From assembly GCA_021813145.1 (NCBI GenBank), contig JAKALS010000004.1:8594-72593 (forward strand): 64,000 nt of DNA, given 5' to 3'. Both the position numbers and the translations under genes were made by a program. The notes under the pieces were generated by a model that had not been told where the DNA came from, did no database searches, and was given only the letters and a program-made list of their open reading frames with translations. This DNA comes from a bacterium (lineage in GTDB: Bacteria > Patescibacteriota > Microgenomatia > Levybacterales > UBA12049). Below are positions 59,172-64,000 of the stretch, one piece after another. How positions within the stretch are numbered: the first letter of the stretch is position 1; each line of letters begins with the position of its first letter.

Positions 59172-61865
59172 ATGCTAAATGTCATCACCAAATTCTTCGA
59201 TTCTAACGAAAAAGAGGTAAAAAAGCTGGAGCCTATTATTGAAGAGATTAACTCTCTTGAGGAAAAAACCAAAAAATTAAAAGATTCGGATTTTCCAAAA
59301 AAAACCGCAGAGCTTAAGGAACGGGTAGAAGAAGGAGAGCCTTTGGAACTGATACTTGTGGAGGCTTTTGCTCTTGTAAGAGAAGCGGCAAAAAGAACTA
59401 TCGGTTTAAGGCCTTTTGATGTCCAGCTGATGGCAGCTGCGGTTTTATCATCGGGAAAAATAGCCGAACAAAAAACAGGAGAAGGAAAAACTCTTTCTGC
59501 TGTTCCTGCGCTTTACCTAAATGCTTTAACCGGAAAAGGAGTTCATCTTGTTACCGTTAACGACTATCTTGCAAGAAGAGATGCGGGGTGGATGGGTCCG
59601 GTTTTTAATCTTTTGGGAATGAAAGTTTCTTCAATAATAAGCGAAGAATCTTTTATTTACGACCAGGATTTTATAAACAAAGATGCACACGATTTCAGAC
59701 TTTTGCATCTAAAACCTGTAACAAGAAGGGAAGCATACCAGGCAGATGTAGTTTACGGAATAAATTCGGAATATGGATTCGACTATCTAAGGGACAACAT
59801 GGCTCCGGATATGGAATCTATAGTTCAAAGGGACTACTACTTTGCTGTTGTCGATGAGGTCGATTCGGTTCTCATAGATGAGGCAAGGACTCCTCATATA
59901 ATCTCAGCTCCCGATGAAGAGCCAACGCAAAAATATTATGAGTATGCAAAACTGGTCGAAAGACTGACTCCCGAAATAGATTTTAAAATAGATGAGAAGT
60001 TAAAGACTGCACATCTCACTGACCATGGGATAGGAAAAGTCGAAAAAATTTTCGGTATATCGGATATTTATGAAAAAGATTTTGATACCGTTTACCACCT
60101 TGAAGCCGCCCTTAAGGCAAGAACTTTGTTCCATAAAGAAAAAGATTATATTGTAAAGGACGGAGAGGTAATCCTTGTAGACGAGTTCACGGGAAGACTT
60201 ATGGTCGGGAGAAGGCTTTCCGAAGGACTTCATCAGGCAATAGAGGCAAAGGAAGGGGTACAAATACAAAGGGAATCAAAAACACTTGCAACAGTATCCC
60301 TACAGAACTACTTCAGAATGTATGAGAAGCTTGCCGGTATGACCGGAACAGCGGTAACCGAAGCCGAAGAATTTCATAAAATATATAAACTCGATGTTGT
60401 CGTAATTCCCACACACAGACCGATGGTAAGGGAAGATTTCCCGGACGCAATATATAAAACTTCAAGAGCAAAATATACGGCGGTCGTAAACCAGATAGAA
60501 CAGGCTCATAAAAAAGGCCAACCGGTTCTTGTCGGAACAACATCTATAGACAAGAACGAGATAGTTTCCGAACTTTTAAGAAGACGTGGAATAAAGCACG
60601 AAGTTTTAAACGCAAAAAATCATGAAAGGGAAGCGGAGATAATCGCAAGAGCGGGAGAAAGAGGTGGGGTAACAGTTGCAACCAATATGGCCGGAAGAGG
60701 TGTTGATATTATTCTCGGTGGAGATGCCCCTAAAGGTGAAAACGGTATAGAAAAAAGAGGGACAAAAGAATGGGAAGCGTGGGAAAAAAAGCATAATGAA
60801 GTGTTATCTCTGGGAGGACTTTTGGTAATAGGTACAGAAAGACACGAGTCAAGAAGAATAGATAACCAGTTAAGAGGAAGGTCGGGAAGACAAGGTGATC
60901 CGGGGGAATCAAGATTTTTCGTAAGTCTAGAAGACGATATAATGAGGCTTTTCGGAGGAGATTCTATTTCTGGGATTATGACAAGATTTAACATGCCCGA
61001 AGACGTTCCCCTTCAGCACCCGCTTGTTTCAAGAGCTATAGAGCAGGCCCAAGTAAAAGTTGAGGGATATAATTTCGATATCAGAAAACATCTTGTGGAA
61101 TACGATGATGTTTTAAATAAACAAAGAGAAATAATTTATCAGAGAAGAAGAAAAGTTTTGGAGGCAGGCGGACGTGATGGCGAGGGGCTAAAAGAAGATG
61201 TCGGTGAAAAAATATCAAATAGTATTACAAATATGGTTATGCTCAATTCAGGTGAAACTTTGGTAGATGGAAAATCCTTATCAAGAAAACTGGCAGAGGA
61301 ATTTACCACAATAATTCCCTTTGACGAAAATTCTATAGACCAAATAACTCAGCAACTGGAGCAGGTGTATTCCGTCGAAGAAAAAACAGCTTTTCTTACC
61401 AACATAGCAAACGATCTCTACAAGGCAAGGGAAAACCAGATGGGAAAAGATTTAATGAGACAGATAGAAAGATTCGTAGAGCTTTCGGTAATAGATAATC
61501 TTTGGATGGATCATTTGGATGCCATTGAAAATTTAAGGCAGGGAATAGGGCTTAGGGGTTACGGGCAAAAGGATCCTCTTGTGGAATATAAAAATGAAGC
61601 ATACACGATGTTCGAGAAATTGATAATGGCAATAGACGACGAAATTGCCCATAGAATTTATAAAATTCAGGTACAGCAGACCCCTCAGCCTACTGTCCAG
61701 CAACACCAGAATATTGTCACACAAGCAGCAGGGGCATCTGAGGTAAAAACTACTTCTCGGACTCCAAAGGCAAATACGACAACTCTCAATAAAAAACTCG
61801 GAAGGAACGATCCCTGCTGGTGCGGAAGCGGTAAAAAATACAAGAAATGTCATTACCCCAATTGA
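59172..61865 (+). CDS. secA: Preprotein translocase ATPase SecA (with C-terminal zinc-binding CWCGSGKKYKKCH)
   Basis: 897 aa; DEAD-like motor motifs; Zn-finger tail. Confidence 0.97.
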   Translation: MLNVITKFFDSNEKEVKKLEPIIEEINSLEEKTKKLKDSDFPKKTAELKERVEEGEPLELILVEAFALVREAAKRTIGLRPFDVQLMAAAVLSSGKIAEQKTGEGKTLSAVPALYLNALTGKGVHLVTVNDYLARRDAGWMGPVFNLLGMKVSSIISEESFIYDQDFINKDAHDFRLLHLKPVTRREAYQADVVYGINSEYGFDYLRDNMAPDMESIVQRDYYFAVVDEVDSVLIDEARTPHIISAPDEEPTQKYYEYAKLVERLTPEIDFKIDEKLKTAHLTDHGIGKVEKIFGISDIYEKDFDTVYHLEAALKARTLFHKEKDYIVKDGEVILVDEFTGRLMVGRRLSEGLHQAIEAKEGVQIQRESKTLATVSLQNYFRMYEKLAGMTGTAVTEAEEFHKIYKLDVVVIPTHRPMVREDFPDAIYKTSRAKYTAVVNQIEQAHKKGQPVLVGTTSIDKNEIVSELLRRRGIKHEVLNAKNHEREAEIIARAGERGGVTVATNMAGRGVDIILGGDAPKGENGIEKRGTKEWEAWEKKHNEVLSLGGLLVIGTERHESRRIDNQLRGRSGRQGDPGESRFFVSLEDDIMRLFGGDSISGIMTRFNMPEDVPLQHPLVSRAIEQAQVKVEGYNFDIRKHLVEYDDVLNKQREIIYQRRRKVLEAGGRDGEGLKEDVGEKISNSITNMVMLNSGETLVDGKSLSRKLAEEFTTIIPFDENSIDQITQQLEQVYSVEEKTAFLTNIANDLYKARENQMGKDLMRQIERFVELSVIDNLWMDHLDAIENLRQGIGLRGYGQKDPLVEYKNEAYTMFEKLIMAIDDEIAHRIYKIQVQQTPQPTVQQHQNIVTQAAGASEVKTTSRTPKANTTTLNKKLGRNDPCWCGSGKKYKKCHYPN

Positions 61866-62992
61866 CAAAAAAATTAATAAGAAATAGGAGTTTGATTAAT
61901 AAATTGTCGTTCACAATTTTTATTCTTTCTCTTTTTTTTATTTTTAAAACTCTTTTCTTAAATTTTTATCCCGATTTTAAAGTACATTATTTATCTCCCA
62001 TAGCCGTCTTTTCGGGAAATAATCCCTATAAGGGAGGGGAAAATTTTTTTACTCCTGAAGTCTATCCTCCGTTTGTTATTTACCTTTTCTCGCCTTTTAT
62101 TCTTTTTTCCTACTCTGTTGCTGAAAAACTTTGGACCGCTCTCTCTATAATTTTTTTATTTGTTTCGTTATATTTTATCTTTAAAATAAACGGAAAATTT
62201 TTATTTTCCACAACGGGCCTTTTACTTTCGGCATTATTTTTTACTTTCTATTTTCCGATAAAGTTTACTCTCGGGATGGGACAAATAAACTTTTTAATTT
62301 TATTTCTTACAGTTCTATCAGTTTATTTTTTAAATAAAAACAAAGAAGCCTCTTCCGGTTTTTTCCTAACCCTTTCCATGATGATAAAATTTTTTCCCTT
62401 ACTGTTACTGCCCTATTTATTATTATTAAAAAAATGGAAAATGCTGTTGTCTATAGGAATTACTTTTTGCACAATTTCTTTTTTCATTTTTTTGCTGAAT
62501 CCTAAACTTACTCTTTATTTTTACGGCAGTGTTCTTCCCTCTCTCTTAGGAGGATGGAAAGGGGATTATTATAACCAATCATTGGCGGGATTTCTTACAA
62601 GAGAAGTAGTTTTTTTACCGCTAAGAGAATTTATGACTGTTTTATTCTCTCTCTTACTCGTCATTATTTCTTTTGTCACTATCCATATAAGAAAAAATAT
62701 TTTTTCAAATCTTTCAGTCAGTCTTTTAATTTCGCTTTCTCTTTTAATAAATAATTTTTCCTGGCAGCATGTTTTTGTCTGGTTAAGCTTTCCATTTATT
62801 ACGATTTTCTATTTTATTAAAGATCAAAGAAGCTCGTTATTTTACTTTTTAGTTTGGGGAGCAAGTTTTTTCCTTACCGGGTTAAATTTGCCAAATCCGG
62901 GAATATTTCCTGTTATTTTTATTTCACATGTTTTTTACGGAGCCTTACTGCTTTGGGCATTAAATATTTATCTTCTTTTAAAAAAAACTTAA
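61847..62992 (+). CDS. Polytopic integral membrane protein, possible GT-C-fold glycosyltransferase (DUF2029/GT87-like)
   Basis: 381 aa, >8 hydrophobic segments; MMIKFFPLLLLPYLL region; overlaps secA 3' end. Confidence 0.4.
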   Translation: MSLPQLTKKLIRNRSLINKLSFTIFILSLFFIFKTLFLNFYPDFKVHYLSPIAVFSGNNPYKGGENFFTPEVYPPFVIYLFSPFILFSYSVAEKLWTALSIIFLFVSLYFIFKINGKFLFSTTGLLLSALFFTFYFPIKFTLGMGQINFLILFLTVLSVYFLNKNKEASSGFFLTLSMMIKFFPLLLLPYLLLLKKWKMLLSIGITFCTISFFIFLLNPKLTLYFYGSVLPSLLGGWKGDYYNQSLAGFLTREVVFLPLREFMTVLFSLLLVIISFVTIHIRKNIFSNLSVSLLISLSLLINNFSWQHVFVWLSFPFITIFYFIKDQRSSLFYFLVWGASFFLTGLNLPNPGIFPVIFISHVFYGALLLWALNIYLLLKKT

Positions 62993-63972
62993 TCCCTTTT
63001 CCCTTCAAAATGCCAGTCCACAATATCCTGATTAGGATTAACAACCGCTATCCTTCTTTCCTGACTGATGGGAAGGCTTCTTAAGAGAGTTCTTATGTAA
63101 TAGGCTTTTTTCTTGAATACTGTTGCTTCTTCCGGGGAAAGGTTTTCGGTTCCAGGATAAAGAGGAATACTTTCAAGCGGATTTCTGATTTCATCCCATC
63201 TTCTTCCAAGCATTTGATTTGCCTGGTCTATTATTTCTTTTTCTATTCTTTTTATTGTTGTTTCTCCTGCGATAGCCTGCGACCTTATTATTCTTCCCGC
63301 TTTGGTTGGAGTCATTCCTTCTAGGCCATGGACTACGACTCCGTATTTTCTTGCAAGCCCGTCGATTACATAGTCGGGTTGTGTGCTCCTTATATATTCT
63401 CTTATGGCGATTCTTCTTTTTTGAGATTCCGCATCGGTTCCCGCTATTCCTATAATAAAAGAATCTGGCCTTTGCGCAAGCATCATAAGGGTCGATTGAC
63501 CGTAGTCCATTCCTCCTACCGCAGGCATTTCTACGACAAGTATTTTCCTGCGGAATTTTTCCTGTTTTGTTTTTTCAACTTTTGAGCTGACTGTCCTTGA
63601 AAATATTTCCGTTGCCTTGACTCTTTCTTCAGGCCCAGTCCATTTACGCCACGAGCCAAGTTTTCTTTTAACGGCTTTTAGGTGCTGATCCCACGAGTAT
63701 TTTTCTATACAGATATTGTTTTGCGATCTTCTTTGCAGCTCGTGTATTAATTGTCCCTGAATTGTGCTTTTTCCAGCGTTGGGTTCTCCTATAATTGCTA
63801 CGACGCTAATATTACCCCCCAATATTGCTTTTACTATATAGTCTCCAACCAGCTCCGGCGTTATCCTTACGTTTTCCTCTTTGACGGTACCGGTGTTTCC
63901 CTCGACGGAGACAGAGAAATTTTTAGTTCCGTTTATAAGAGTTAAGTTGTATAGAACAGGAGCCTGTCTCAC
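62989..63972 (-). CDS. Uncharacterised P-loop NTPase/kinase-like protein
   Basis: Walker A VAIIGEPNAGKST; rest unrecognised. Confidence 0.4.
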   Translation of the reverse strand: MRQAPVLYNLTLINGTKNFSVSVEGNTGTVKEENVRITPELVGDYIVKAILGGNISVVAIIGEPNAGKSTIQGQLIHELQRRSQNNICIEKYSWDQHLKAVKRKLGSWRKWTGPEERVKATEIFSRTVSSKVEKTKQEKFRRKILVVEMPAVGGMDYGQSTLMMLAQRPDSFIIGIAGTDAESQKRRIAIREYIRSTQPDYVIDGLARKYGVVVHGLEGMTPTKAGRIIRSQAIAGETTIKRIEKEIIDQANQMLGRRWDEIRNPLESIPLYPGTENLSPEEATVFKKKAYYIRTLLRSLPISQERRIAVVNPNQDIVDWHFEGKRD

Positions 63973-64000
63973 TAGTGACTCAAGCGAATTTCCTATTACT

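Overview
This 64-kb window is AT-rich (roughly 40% GC by eye) and uses the standard code, with TGA as a stop. It is dominated by a very long translation/transcription super-operon on the + strand. The gene order is rpoB (3' end)-rpoC-rpsL-rpsG-fusA, then tuf-rpsJ-rplC-D-W-B-rpsS-rplV-rpsC-rplP-rpmC-rpsQ-rplN-X-E-rpsN(Z)-rpsH-rplF-R-rpsE-rplO-secY-adk-cmk-map-infA-rpmJ-rpsM-K-D-rpoA-rplQ-rplM-rpsI. There is no room for rpmD (L30) between rpsE and rplO, the two genes overlap, and several r-proteins and RpoB carry low-complexity tails. Together with a class-I LysRS and an orphan isopentenyl-phosphate-kinase module, this is consistent with a CPR/Patescibacteria-like reduced genome (inference only). 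Downstream of the operon the window holds an isoprenoid module (IDI-like, IPK, unknown, polyprenyl synthase) and tRNA-Pro(GGG). It then holds recA-recX-rny-hup, RNase P RNA (minus strand), a UvrD/RecB-nuclease fusion, rmuC, tsaD, envelope genes (VanW, SBP), greA, kbl-tdh, class-I lysK, rdgB, serS and secA. The most unusual parts are these. (1) A ~6-kb accessory insertion splits the normally contiguous fusA-tuf junction. It carries a translationally coupled five-enzyme cassette (SAM-MTase, GNAT, Nudix, histidine phosphatase, Zn-ribbon Nudix) opposed by a large FtsK/HerA/VirD4-like ATPase, plus an orphan convergent gene. (2) An orphan 186-aa gene with its own consensus sigma70 promoter is inserted between rpsJ and rplC inside the S10 operon. 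(3) Two Arg-rich small ORFs with identical perfect Shine-Dalgarno sequences lie directly upstream of lysK. (4) An uncharacterised protein is translationally coupled to IPK. (5) Extended -10 promoters are repeatedly placed 6-9 nt upstream of start codons, which implies leaderless mRNAs. No CRISPR array, integrase or transposase was seen.
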